This document shows positions 1-9,061 of a DNA stretch of 64,000 nucleotides, piece by piece; within the stretch, counting starts at the first letter, position 1, and every line of letters starts with the position of its first letter. The DNA is from an uncultured Bdellovibrionales bacterium (GTDB taxonomy: Bacteria > Patescibacteriota > Minisyncoccia > Moranbacterales > UBA1568): contig CAYLJX010000001.1 in assembly GCA_964384235.1 (NCBI GenBank), forward strand, positions 241,709 through 305,708, written 5' to 3'. A program made the position numbers and the translations under genes. The notes below the pieces were generated by a model. That model was not told the DNA's origin and did no database searches. It saw nothing but the letters and a program-made list of their open reading frames with translations.

Positions 1-747
<747 letters not shown>

Positions 748-880
748 TTAAACTTGTTGTTACTAAATATTACGGTTAGTGATTCTTCTACGATGTATCG
801 TGTATCAGGTATTACGTATTATGTATGAATGCATGGATTTGGATTTATACATGATACTTGATACAAAATACTTGATACGC

Positions 881-1417
881 CTACTTGACTGTCACTTTCG
901 CTGGTCGGACGACTCGTTCCCCTATCTTGTACCCGTTCTGAATGATTTTTACGACTACATGCTGCTCTCCCTCCGATTCCTCGCTGCTTACCGCTTCATG
1001 GATGGTGGGATCGAACGTGTCTCCTGGTTTTACTTCGATGGTCGTGACGCCGTTCTCGCTCAAGACCTTTTCCAATTGTTTCTCGATGTACTGGATACCG
1101 ACAACCCATGGACTCGATTTCTGTTCTTCCGGTACATGCTCCGTCGCGGCGCGAAAATTGTCCATGACAGGAATGATATCAAGAACGAGCTTTTCAATGA
1201 GCATACCACGGAGTTCTTTCTGTCCTTCAGCCTGCCGCCTCTTGTAGTTTTCAAATTCTGCCTGGAGACGCTTCAGATCGTTGAGATATTCCTGCGCGAG
1301 CTCCGTGTCGGTTTTTTCGGGTACTGACGTTTCCTCCTGCTTCATTTCCTGTTCGGTTTCTTCCGGTTTTTCTTCATGTTTCTTCTGATGGGTCATATCA
1401 CAAAACGTTAATGACAA
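881..1417 (-). CDS. grpE: Nucleotide exchange factor GrpE
   Basis: 178 aa. Acidic N-terminus then coiled coil (LKRLQAEFENYKRR) and C-terminal beta domain, typical of GrpE. Sits between hrcA and dnaK. Confidence 0.85.
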   Translation of the reverse strand: MSLTFCDMTHQKKHEEKPEETEQEMKQEETSVPEKTDTELAQEYLNDLKRLQAEFENYKRRQAEGQKELRGMLIEKLVLDIIPVMDNFRAATEHVPEEQKSSPWVVGIQYIEKQLEKVLSENGVTTIEVKPGDTFDPTIHEAVSSEESEGEQHVVVKIIQNGYKIGERVVRPAKVTVK

Positions 1418-2138
1418 TGATGAGAACGAGCGACGACGAGAGGAGTTTCTTCATGTATTCGATGAGGGATTTGTTCTTGGCGTAGTCCATGCGCTTGGGA
1501 CCGATGATGGCGAGCACGCCCTTGCCTTCCGAGCTATCATAGGGCGCGACGACCATCGAGCAGTTGGATATCTCTCGGATGGGGTTCTCTTCGCCGATGA
1601 AGATGCGCGTCTCACCGTCTTTGAGCTTGAGGAGGACGGCGTCGAGCTTTTCATCGAGGGTATCGAGCGTCTCAACGAGGCGGCAGAGCTCATCCATCTC
1701 CTGGAATTCCGGTTTCTCGATGAGTTCCTTCATGCCGAAGTCGTAGAACTCGTCTTTGTCGATGAGACCCGAGACGGCGAGGTTGCCGGAGAGAGCGGAG
1801 AGGAGCTTGGTGGTGCTGCGACCCATGCGCACTTCTCTTGCTTTCATCACGAGGAGTTCTTTTTGGAGGCGACGCTGCTCTTCGCGGGAGAGTTCCTCGT
1901 CCCCCATCATTTCCTCGACGTAGAAGCGGTACCCCTGGTCGGTCGGGATGCGGCCGGCCGAGACGTGCGGCTGGTAGAGGTAGCCTTCTTCCTCGAGAGC
2001 CATCATGTCGTTTCGGAGTGTGGCCGAACTCACCGGAAACTCGAAATGTTCGAGGAGAGCCTGCGACCCTACCGGGAGCGCGGTCTTGGTATAGAGCTCG
2101 ACGATCGCCGAGAGGACTTGTTTTTGACGGGAGTTCAT
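1398..2138 (-). CDS. hrcA: Heat-inducible transcription repressor HrcA
   Basis: 246 aa. N-terminal winged-helix stretch (RQKQVLSAIVELYTKTALPVGSQAL). CIRCE operator lies upstream. Overlaps grpE start by 20 nt. Confidence 0.85.
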   Translation of the reverse strand: MNSRQKQVLSAIVELYTKTALPVGSQALLEHFEFPVSSATLRNDMMALEEEGYLYQPHVSAGRIPTDQGYRFYVEEMMGDEELSREEQRRLQKELLVMKAREVRMGRSTTKLLSALSGNLAVSGLIDKDEFYDFGMKELIEKPEFQEMDELCRLVETLDTLDEKLDAVLLKLKDGETRIFIGEENPIREISNCSMVVAPYDSSEGKGVLAIIGPKRMDYAKNKSLIEYMKKLLSSSLVLIIVINVL

Positions 2139-2142
2139 ACTC

Positions 2143-2177
2143 GAGTGAGTAGTGAGTAGTTGATAGTGAGTAGAAAA
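2143..2177 (-). repeat. Tandem heptamer array in hrcA 5' leader (TAGTGAG x5 on + strand; CTCACTA on mRNA)
   Basis: gagtgag tagtgag tagttga tagtgag tagaaaa sits immediately 5' of the hrcA ATG. No Shine-Dalgarno sequence is present. Confidence 0.6.
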
Positions 2178-2192
2178 TGCCTGACTGAATAC

Positions 2193-2221
2193 AGTATAAA
2201 AAATGATTTAGCAGTCGTCAA
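2193..2221 (-). promoter_or_regulatory. Sigma70-like promoter of hrcA operon (TTGACG-17-TATACT), overlapping CIRCE
   Basis: On the minus strand the -35 TTGACG and -10 TATACT are 17 nt apart. The -35 lies inside the CIRCE spacer and right half. Confidence 0.55.
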
Positions 2222-2234
2222 GTATGAGTGCTAA
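2208..2234 (-). promoter_or_regulatory. CIRCE operator (HrcA binding site)
   Basis: Minus strand reads TTAGCACTC-ATACTTGAC-GACTGCTAA. This is the 9-N9-9 inverted repeat matching the CIRCE consensus TTAGCACTC-N9-GAGTGCTAA with one mismatch. Confidence 0.8.
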
Positions 2235-2300
2235 CCATTCAGGGTAAACGAAAGGCTCCGGATGCGTGCTGCGCGAGCGGAGCCTAAGCGGAAGTAGGAT

Positions 2301-2588
2301 TCATTCGATATCCGGAACACTGAAGATATCGGGATAGCGCGAATCCAGAGGGCTTATGCCTTGTCGGATTGCCTCTTCCCGCAGGGCAATGAGCCTAAGA
2401 CCCTTCTCCTGAGTCCTGAAAACAGGGTGGAGTTTCCTGAGTTCCTTCCGGTGCCACTTAGCCAGTTTTTCGTTGGTGCGCAGATGCCATCCGAGATAGG
2501 ATTTCACCGCGTCCTCACCGAAAAGCCTCATGACACTGATTACCGGACCAGGCGGAAGCATGTTGTACAGCAATCTCGTAAAGAACAT
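2301..2588 (-). CDS. Hypothetical protein (~95 aa) downstream of yidD
   Basis: Internal Met (MFFTRLLYNMLPPGP...) of ORF 2301..2774. The upstream part of that ORF overlaps yidD in another frame and is probably not coding. No recognisable family. Confidence 0.3.
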   Translation of the reverse strand: MFFTRLLYNMLPPGPVISVMRLFGEDAVKSYLGWHLRTNEKLAKWHRKELRKLHPVFRTQEKGLRLIALREEAIRQGISPLDSRYPDIFSVPDIE

Positions 2589-2632
2589 CTCACTCTCCTT
2601 CCTTCGATGAAACTTCGATTGGGAAACAGCTA

Positions 2633-2869
2633 TTACGGAACAGGGTCGTAGCCGCCGTCGTTCCAGGGGTGGCAGCGGAGGATACGTCTCAGTCCCAGGT
2701 ACGAACCGCGTATAACGCCGTGCCGTTCGATGGCCTCGTACGTGTACTGCGAGCACGTCGGGTGAAAACGACAAAACCGTTCCCCGAACACCATGCCGAT
2801 GACCCCGTGATCAAACGACAGGGTCTTCTGGTAGAGGCGTATGAGAAAGAGAACTGTTTTCTTCACCAT
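2633..2869 (-). CDS. yidD: Membrane protein insertion efficiency factor YidD
   Basis: Carries the motifs [17 protein letters not shown] and [17 protein letters not shown] characteristic of the YidD/haemolytic-domain family. Start taken at MVKKTVLF within ORF 2633..2917. Confidence 0.75.
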   Translation of the reverse strand: MVKKTVLFLIRLYQKTLSFDHGVIGMVFGERFCRFHPTCSQYTYEAIERHGVIRGSYLGLRRILRCHPWNDGGYDPVP

Positions 2870-2897
2870 TTTTTGAGGATATTCGCTTGGAAAAGCT

Positions 2898-2925
2898 TTG
2901 TCAACAGGATAACGCATGGTATACT
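2898..2925 (+). promoter_or_regulatory. Candidate sigma70 promoter of corA (TTGTCA-16-TATACT)
   Basis: Hexamers read directly from the sequence upstream of the corA ATG at 2959. Confidence 0.45.
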
Positions 2926-2958
2926 TGCATCAAAACAGAGACAAAGAAAAACGGAATC

Positions 2959-3867
2959 ATGAAGATACTCAAGCACAAAACCATCACCTGGATCGATTTC
3001 GAGAATCCAGGCCAGGATGACATCATCTACCTCCAGGAGAACTTCAACATCCATCCTCTCGCGATCGAGGAGCTCGTCACGCCGACCTACCAGCCCAAGG
3101 TCGTCCAGTATGACGGGTGCCTGTTCCTTTCTATCCACATCCCCCTCTTCGACGTGGAGCACCGCACCACCTATCCGGGCGAACTCGATATCATCCTCAC
3201 CAACGACCACCTGATCACGAGCCACAAGCAGAGCATCTATCAGCTTTCGACCTTTCTCGACGAACTCATCAAGAGCGAAGGCAAACGCCGCCTGCACCTG
3301 GAAGACTCCCCGGCCCACCTCCTCCACCGTCTCGTTGAGATTCTCCTCAATTCCTGCTTTCCCAAGCTCAACCACATCGCAGAGAAGCTCGACTTCATCG
3401 AGTCACAGGTCTTCGCCGAGAAGGAAAAAGAGATGGTTTTCGAGATTTCCGTCCTCAAGCGCGATATCCTCAACTTCCGCCGAACGCTCAAACCGCAGCG
3501 TTCCATCTTCGAGTCCATCCTCCAGAAGGATCACCCGTTCATCCCAACCGAGACCAAGATCTACTTCCAGGACCTCATCGGTACCAATATCCGCCTGTGG
3601 AACCTCCTCGAAAGCCAGAAGGAGACCATCGAGGCCCTCGAAGCGACCAACAACTCCCTCCTCTCCAACAAGCTCGACCTCACGATGAAGGTTTTGACCA
3701 TCTTTTCCGCGGTCATGCTCCCCATGACGGCCTATTCCAACATGCTCGCCATGAGCGCGCAGATTCCTTTTGCCAACGTACCCTACGCCTTTTGGATCCA
3801 CGTCGTGATCATGCTGCTCATCTCGCTTATCACCATCACGATCTTCCGGTGGAAGAAGTGGTTCTGA
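2959..3867 (+). CDS. corA: CorA-family magnesium/cobalt transporter
   Basis: Cytoplasmic domain followed by two C-terminal TM helices around a YSNMLAMS motif (a variant of the GMN loop). Start chosen at MKILKHK within ORF 2887..3867. Confidence 0.7.
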   Translation: MKILKHKTITWIDFENPGQDDIIYLQENFNIHPLAIEELVTPTYQPKVVQYDGCLFLSIHIPLFDVEHRTTYPGELDIILTNDHLITSHKQSIYQLSTFLDELIKSEGKRRLHLEDSPAHLLHRLVEILLNSCFPKLNHIAEKLDFIESQVFAEKEKEMVFEISVLKRDILNFRRTLKPQRSIFESILQKDHPFIPTETKIYFQDLIGTNIRLWNLLESQKETIEALEATNNSLLSNKLDLTMKVLTIFSAVMLPMTAYSNMLAMSAQIPFANVPYAFWIHVVIMLLISLITITIFRWKKWF

Positions 3868-3872
3868 CGGGG

Positions 3873-3978
3873 ATGTAGCATGTATCTTGTATCAAGTATC
3901 ACGTATGGCCGCGACACGTCGCGGTTTCTGTTTGCCTTAAATGGCACACTTGATACATAATACCTAATACGTACTACC
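3873..3978. repeat. Palindromic NNGTATC-heptamer element flanking the corA terminator
   Basis: Left arm atgtatcttgtatcaagtatcacgtatg. Right arm cacttgatacataatacctaatacgtac. Each arm is about 4 tandem heptamers, and the arms are mutually inverted around the terminator hairpin. Confidence 0.6.
3906..3932 (+). terminator. Intrinsic terminator after corA
   Basis: Hairpin ccgcgac-ac-gtcgcgg followed by tttctgtttg. Confidence 0.6.
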
Positions 3979-3987
3979 TCAAACGCT

Positions 3988-5397
3988 ATGCGTTTCTACA
4001 ACACCCTCACCAAGCGAAAAGACGAGTTTCAGCCGCTCCATCCGGGCAAAGTCGGCATGTATGTCTGCGGTCCGACGGTCTACGACTATATCCATATCGG
4101 CAATCTCCGCGCGTACGTGTTCGCCGACACCTTACGCCGTGTCCTCGAGGATGCCGGCTATGAGGTACGGCTCATCAAGAACGTCACCGATGTCGGTCAT
4201 CTGACGGCCGACGATATCGCCCAGGGAGACTCCGGCGAGGACAAGGTCGCCCGCAAGGCGGAGGCGGAGCACAAGACGCCCGAGGAGATCGCCGCTTTCT
4301 ATGAAAGCTATTTCCATCAGGCGGAGGACGATATGAATATTGAGCCCGCCCAGTACTTTCCCCGTGCCACCGCCCACGTCAAACAGATGATCGCGCTCAT
4401 CGAGACGCTCATCGACAAGGGGCACGCCTATGAAAAGAACGGCAATGTCTTCCTCGACGTGACGACCTTCCCTGAGTATGGAAGGCTTTCCGGCAACACC
4501 CTGGAAAACCTGCAGGTCGGCGCGCGTCTCGAGGAGCATCCGGACAAGAAGAATCCTTGGGACTTCGCCCTCTGGCTCAAGGCGCCGGAGGGTCACCTCA
4601 TGCGTTGGCCGTCCCCGTGGAGCGAAGGGTATCCCGGCTGGCACATCGAGTGTTCGGCCATGAGTATGGAATACTTAGGCGATACGCTCGATATCCATAC
4701 CGGCGGCGAGGACAATATCTTCCCCCACCATGAGGCGGAGATCGTCCAGTCGGAAGGCGTGACCGGCAAACCCTTTGTCCGATACTTCCTCCATACGCGG
4801 CATATCCTTGTGAACGGCGAAAAGATGTCCAAGTCCAAAGGGAATTTCTACACGCTCGAGGACGTGAAGAATCGCGGCTACTCGCCGATGGATTTCCGGA
4901 TGCTTCTGGTCGCTTCCCACTACCGCACGCAGATGAACTTTACCTGGGAAAGCCTGGAGCAGGCCAAGAAAAACCGTGAAACGATGCTCGCAACGTATCG
5001 GCGTGTCCAAGAGGAGGGAACGAAGCTCCCCGGTGACGCGTTTCTCGGCAAGGAATACCTGGAACGTATCCGCACTACCCTCCAGGACGATCTCAACTCT
5101 CCCGAGGCGCTCGCGGTCGCGCTCGAACTCTGCAAGAAAACCAATACACTCCTCGATGCCAAGGAAGCCGTGAACATCAAGGCGGTCGCCAAGGTTTTTG
5201 AGATCGTCTTCTTTCTCTTCGGACTGAAGATCGAAGAAGAAACCATACCCGAAGAAATCACGCGGCTGGCCGAGGCGCGGGATACCGCCCGCAAGAACAA
5301 GGACTACGCGGAATCCGATCGGCTCCGCGACGAGATCGAGGCGCACGGCTACAAAGTGGAAGACGTCGATGGCGGCTTCCGGGTGAAGAAGGGGTGA
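3988..5397 (+). CDS. cysS: Cysteinyl-tRNA synthetase
   Basis: 469 aa class I aaRS. HIGN motif (YDYIHIGNLRAY), KMSKS motif (GEKMSKSKGNF) and zinc-binding cysteines. Confidence 0.95.
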   Translation: MRFYNTLTKRKDEFQPLHPGKVGMYVCGPTVYDYIHIGNLRAYVFADTLRRVLEDAGYEVRLIKNVTDVGHLTADDIAQGDSGEDKVARKAEAEHKTPEEIAAFYESYFHQAEDDMNIEPAQYFPRATAHVKQMIALIETLIDKGHAYEKNGNVFLDVTTFPEYGRLSGNTLENLQVGARLEEHPDKKNPWDFALWLKAPEGHLMRWPSPWSEGYPGWHIECSAMSMEYLGDTLDIHTGGEDNIFPHHEAEIVQSEGVTGKPFVRYFLHTRHILVNGEKMSKSKGNFYTLEDVKNRGYSPMDFRMLLVASHYRTQMNFTWESLEQAKKNRETMLATYRRVQEEGTKLPGDAFLGKEYLERIRTTLQDDLNSPEALAVALELCKKTNTLLDAKEAVNIKAVAKVFEIVFFLFGLKIEEETIPEEITRLAEARDTARKNKDYAESDRLRDEIEAHGYKVEDVDGGFRVKKG

Positions 5398-5463
5398 AAC
5401 GGGAGGAAAGGGAAGGAAAAGAGTGAAAGAGAAGTAAAGGGAATAACAACACGCAAAAATTAC

Positions 5464-5516
5464 AAAGGCGTTCCTCGTGCATCCAGCGGATGTTTTCGAG
5501 CAACGCCTTTTTGTTG
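5464..5516. terminator. Bidirectional stem-loop terminator between cysS and the convergent small gene
   Basis: 9-bp stem aaaggcgtt / aacgccttt, followed by T-runs on both strands. Confidence 0.45.
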
Positions 5517-5531
5517 CCGTGCAGAGTAGGC

Positions 5532-5795
5532 TCACTCCGTGGTCGCGGCCTTGAAGCAGGATTTCTGCCTGCCGCATAGGCGAATCGTCTGGAGAGCGAG
5601 GTTCCAATAGAACAACGGCTCCAGATTGAGGAGATTGAATTCCTCTCCTTTCGTCAGCGGCCGCTTGTAGGTTCTCCTGAACACATCGCCACCCTTGAGT
5701 CCCGTTTCGAACTTGTTTATCGTCACGGTAGCTTCCAGGAACGATCCTTCCAGTTCCTGTCCTTCTGACAAAACAGCTTGAGTTTGGCTCATCAT
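5532..5795 (-). CDS. Hypothetical small protein (~87 aa)
   Basis: Start MMSQTQAV is preceded by a GGGAG Shine-Dalgarno (agggagaacATGATG) and followed by a terminator. No family recognised. Confidence 0.4.
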   Translation of the reverse strand: MMSQTQAVLSEGQELEGSFLEATVTINKFETGLKGGDVFRRTYKRPLTKGEEFNLLNLEPLFYWNLALQTIRLCGRQKSCFKAATTE

Positions 5796-5875
5796 GTTCT
5801 CCCTCACAAAGGAACTGCATAAAAATCGTCTTGCATCATACCCCGGACCGGGAAAAAAGTCAATCTGAGGCATGA

Positions 5876-5904
5876 TTGTCATCGGCTTCAAGTCTCGGTA
5901 TAAT
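5876..5904 (+). promoter_or_regulatory. Near-consensus sigma70 promoter upstream of dnaB (TTGTCA-17-TATAAT)
   Basis: -35 and -10 hexamers are 17 nt apart. The predicted TSS lies only ~4-6 nt before the dnaB ATG, suggesting a leaderless or very short-leader mRNA. Confidence 0.5.
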
Positions 5905-5914
5905 GTATAGACTT

Positions 5915-7270
5915 ATGGCAAAGACTCCCGACCACGTGCGCGTCCCTCCTCATAACCTCGAAGCCGAGATGTCCGTGCTCGGCTCTTTGATGCTCGACAA
6001 GGACGCCATCATCAAGGTGGCCGACCTGCTCAAGGTGGGAGATTTCTACAAGGACGATCACAACCTGATCTACGAGACGATGCTTGCCCTCTATGAGGCA
6101 CGCGAGCCGATCGACGTCCTGTCGCTCGCCAATCGTCTCGAGGAAAAGGAGCAGCTCGAGCGCGTCGGCGGATCGAGCTATCTCGCCTCGCTCGTGAACA
6201 CCGTCCCCTCCGCGACCAACGTCGTCCACTATGCCAAAGTGGTCCAGAAGAAAGCGCTCCTGCGTCGTCTCATCACGGCAGCAAGCGATATCGTCGAGAT
6301 GGGATACGATGAGTCCGAGGACGTTCAGAAAACGCTCGACGAAGCCGAACAGAAGATCTTCCAGGTGTCCGAAAAGTACATCAAGCAGGACTTCGTACCG
6401 ATCAAGTCCATCCTGGAAGTCGCCTTCAACCGTATCGACGAGCTTCACAAGAGCGATCAGACGTTCCGTGGCGTACCGACGGCCTTTCCCGATCTCGACA
6501 ACCTGCTCGCCGGTCTCCAGAAATCCGACCTTATCATCCTGGCGGCCCGTCCGTCCGTCGGTAAGACGACCTTCGCGCTCGACATCGCCCGCCAAGTCGG
6601 TGTCCATGCCAAGATCCCGGTCGGTATCTTTTCCCTGGAAATGGGTGCCGATCAGCTGGTCGACCGTATGATCGCAGCCCAGGCCGGCGTCGATCTCTGG
6701 CGCCTTCGTACCGGCAAGCTCTCGAGCGAGGGTCCGAACAACGATTTCGAACGGATCTCCGACGCCATGGGTGTCCTTTCCGAGGCCCCGATCTTCATCG
6801 ACGATACGGGCTCGCTCAACATCATGGAGATGCGCACCATGGCGAGACGTCTCCAGGCCGAACATAAGCTCGGTCTCATCATCGTCGACTACCTCCAGCT
6901 CATGGAAGGCCGCAGCCGCTCCGGTGACAACCGCGTCCAGGAGATTTCCGAGATCTCCCGCGGTCTCAAGCAGCTCGCCCGCGAGCTCAATATCCCGCTC
7001 ATCGCCCTTTCCCAGCTCTCCCGTGCCGTGGAATCGCGCCCCGACCAGATCCCCAAACTCTCCGACCTGCGCGAATCCGGTTCCATCGAACAGGATGCCG
7101 ACGTGGTGATGTTCCTCTACCGCGAGGACCGCGTGAAACCGGATACTCCCAACAAGAACATCGCCGACGTCATCATCGCCAAGCACCGCAACGGCCCCGT
7201 CGGCAAGATCTCCCTCTACTTCGAGGACAATTCCACGACTTTCAAAAGCCTGGAAAAGATCCATGGGTAA
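5915..7270 (+). CDS. dnaB: Replicative DNA helicase DnaB
   Basis: N-terminal domain (PHNLEAEMSVLGSLML), Walker A (GARPSVGKTTFAL) and the RecA-like core. Start at MAKTPDH is an internal ATG of ORF 5876..7270; an alternative start is at 5903. Confidence 0.9.
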   Translation: MAKTPDHVRVPPHNLEAEMSVLGSLMLDKDAIIKVADLLKVGDFYKDDHNLIYETMLALYEAREPIDVLSLANRLEEKEQLERVGGSSYLASLVNTVPSATNVVHYAKVVQKKALLRRLITAASDIVEMGYDESEDVQKTLDEAEQKIFQVSEKYIKQDFVPIKSILEVAFNRIDELHKSDQTFRGVPTAFPDLDNLLAGLQKSDLIILAARPSVGKTTFALDIARQVGVHAKIPVGIFSLEMGADQLVDRMIAAQAGVDLWRLRTGKLSSEGPNNDFERISDAMGVLSEAPIFIDDTGSLNIMEMRTMARRLQAEHKLGLIIVDYLQLMEGRSRSGDNRVQEISEISRGLKQLARELNIPLIALSQLSRAVESRPDQIPKLSDLRESGSIEQDADVVMFLYREDRVKPDTPNKNIADVIIAKHRNGPVGKISLYFEDNSTTFKSLEKIHG

Positions 7271-7447
7271 GAATGAGCGAAAAATGTAAGGAATTTTTGC
7301 TTTTCGGAGTCTTGAAGATCCGGAAGCGGGCATGGTTCCGACTGGCAAGGAGGAGAGCGAAGGAGCTTCAGGAGTGAGGTTGCACGCCGGGCGACCGAGC
7401 GACTCCGAAAAGTACAAAATTCCTGAAATTTACACCAACAAAAAATC

Positions 7448-8044
7448 ATGCATTATCCCAAAGCTTTCCAATCGCTCATCGCGCACTTTTCCTCTCTCCC
7501 CTCCGTCGGTCCCAAGATGGCCGAGCGTATCGTCCTCTATCTCTTTAAACAGGACGCCGAGCGCCTGCAGAACTTCGCAGAGAGTCTCGAGGGACTCCAC
7601 GCCCTCAAGAGCTGCTCGCGCTGCTTCCACATCGCCGAGGCGGACCTCTGTGAGATCTGCGCCGATCAAAAGCGCGACCACACCCTCCTCTGTCTCGTCG
7701 AGGAACCGCTCGATGTCATCGCCTTCGAGCGGGCCGGCGGTTACTCGGGAGTCTACCATGTCCTTGGCGGCGTCCTTGATGTCGGCAAGAACGACAACAG
7801 CCAGAACCTCCACATCCAGGAGCTCCTAGAACGCGTCCACGACGAGGGTATCAAGGAAGTCATCCTTGCGACCAATCCGACCACCGAGGGCGATATGACG
7901 GCCCTCTATCTCAAAAAGAAACTCGAACCGCTTCACGTGAAAATCTCCCGCATCGCCCGCGGCCTCGCGACTGGTGGAGACATCGAGTACGCCGACGAGC
8001 TCACCCTCCGCTCCGCCTTGACAAATAGGAAGGATCTGGTATAG
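7448..8044 (+). CDS. recR: Recombination protein RecR
   Basis: 198 aa. HhH motif (LPSVGPKMAERIV), C4 zinc finger (CSRCFHIAEADLCEIC) and Toprim domain. Confidence 0.9.
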   Translation: MHYPKAFQSLIAHFSSLPSVGPKMAERIVLYLFKQDAERLQNFAESLEGLHALKSCSRCFHIAEADLCEICADQKRDHTLLCLVEEPLDVIAFERAGGYSGVYHVLGGVLDVGKNDNSQNLHIQELLERVHDEGIKEVILATNPTTEGDMTALYLKKKLEPLHVKISRIARGLATGGDIEYADELTLRSALTNRKDLV

Positions 8045-8097
8045 TTGCAAGACTAGAAAAATCAGTCCTTTGTCCAATCACAATTGTCGGAGGAGAT

Positions 8098-8386
8098 CAT
8101 GGCTCGAATGGAAGTGCATATTCCACCCGGTCAGAGTTTCGCGCAGATCGAGAGGAGGTTGCTCCTGTCCTGGCTGGAATACATGGGCATACAAGCGGAG
8201 ATCGAGTTTTTCTGGGAAGGAATTGCTTCCCCGGAAGTTCTTGCGGGGAAGTATCAGCTTGTCACGGATGTGTGCAGTTACAACCCTCAGGACAGATGCT
8301 TTACCCTGAGGGTGAGAGGTTTTCGAGAGAGGGTGCGACATGGAGTACACGATTTTGCATACACCTGCTGCTTCGCTCCCCACTGA
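8098..8386 (+). CDS. Hypothetical small protein (96 aa) with Cys-rich C-terminus
   Basis: Strong GGAGG Shine-Dalgarno 5 nt upstream of the ATG at 8098 and its own terminator downstream. Sequence MARMEVHIPPGQSF...YTCCFAPH matches no known family. Confidence 0.45.
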
Positions 8387-8420
8387 CCTGTCACACCGTC
8401 ATGGATCCAGGAGAACAAGA

Positions 8421-8462
8421 GCGGGCTTAGGTAACCACTTAAGCCCGCTTTAAAATTGTTTC
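8421..8462 (+). terminator. Intrinsic terminator after the 8098-8386 gene
   Basis: Hairpin gcgggcttagg-taacca-cttaagcccgc followed by tttaaaattgttt. Confidence 0.55.
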
Positions 8463-8496
8463 AAAAAAGAAACCCTGGAGGAAATCCAGGGTTTTC
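8463..8496. terminator. Bidirectional intrinsic terminator (serves rplU on the minus strand)
   Basis: Hairpin ccctgga-ggaaa-tccaggg with A-run upstream and T-run downstream. On the minus strand it is followed by tttcttttttg. Confidence 0.6.
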
Positions 8497-8498
8497 AG

Positions 8499-8807
8499 TT
8501 AGGCGGAGATTTTGGTGATTTCTACCTCTGTGTACGGCTGACGGTGTCCGTAGCGGGTGAGTTCACGTTTCTTCGGCTTGTGCCTGATGCCCTTGACCTT
8601 CTTGCCGAGCTCCTGGGCGAGCACTTTGCCCTCTACGACGGCCTTTTCGAGGACCGGGGTGCCGACATGGGCCACCTGATCATCACCGACGAAGAGCGTC
8701 TCGAATTTCACGGTGTTGCCGATCTCTTCGGCGAGCTTCTCCACCTTCAGTTTCATGCCTTCGGAGACCTGGTATTGCTTGCCTCCGGTTCTGATAATCG
8801 CGATCAT
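8499..8807 (-). CDS. rplU: 50S ribosomal protein L21
   Basis: 102 aa MIAIIRTGGKQYQVSEGMKLKVEKL..., a clear match to L21. Confidence 0.9.
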   Translation of the reverse strand: MIAIIRTGGKQYQVSEGMKLKVEKLAEEIGNTVKFETLFVGDDQVAHVGTPVLEKAVVEGKVLAQELGKKVKGIRHKPKKRELTRYGHRQPYTEVEITKISA

Positions 8808-8837
8808 ACGCCAAAAACGAGAAATTCTTTACCTACC

Positions 8838-8866
8838 GAGTGTACATGATTTTATCGATACTGTCA
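8838..8866 (-). promoter_or_regulatory. Candidate sigma70 promoter of rplU (TTGACA-17-TACACT)
   Basis: Minus strand reads ttgacagtatcgataaaatcatgtacact, about 30 nt upstream of the rplU ATG. Confidence 0.5.
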
Positions 8867-9061
8867 AACCCGTTCCCTGAGCAACCCCATCGTCAGCAAC
8901 CTTTTCTCTTTCCTCTCAAACTCGAACCCGCTTTCGGTTACCGAAAAAAATCGCACCCGGTCAACGGCGGAAAAGCCATTTTTTCCGAACCGAAAGCGGT
9001 TCTCAGACAGTGAGATGATGCGAGAAAAGGTTCTGACGAGAGGTCGCTTATCTGCTCCCCG

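Noticed and set aside
2301-2774. Full 157-aa ORF as an RNase P protein (rnpA) next to yidD
   Set aside because: No RNR/KR-rich RnpA motif. The upstream half overlaps yidD out of frame. Only the downstream ~95 aa were kept as a low-confidence hypothetical.
5398-5460. Purine-rich run gggaggaaagggaaggaaaagagtgaaagagaag after cysS, as a possible heptamer array or CRISPR-like repeat
   Set aside because: No consistent period on inspection, and no repeat-spacer structure. No CRISPR array was seen anywhere in the window.
4675-5820. 381-aa minus-strand ORF antisense to cysS
   Set aside because: Lies entirely inside the well-supported cysS CDS. Arg/Gly-rich composition typical of an antisense frame in GC-rich DNA.
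5888-7417. 509-aa minus-strand ORF antisense to dnaB
   Set aside because: Overlaps the dnaB CDS completely. Low-complexity G/D/E/R composition and no domain signature.
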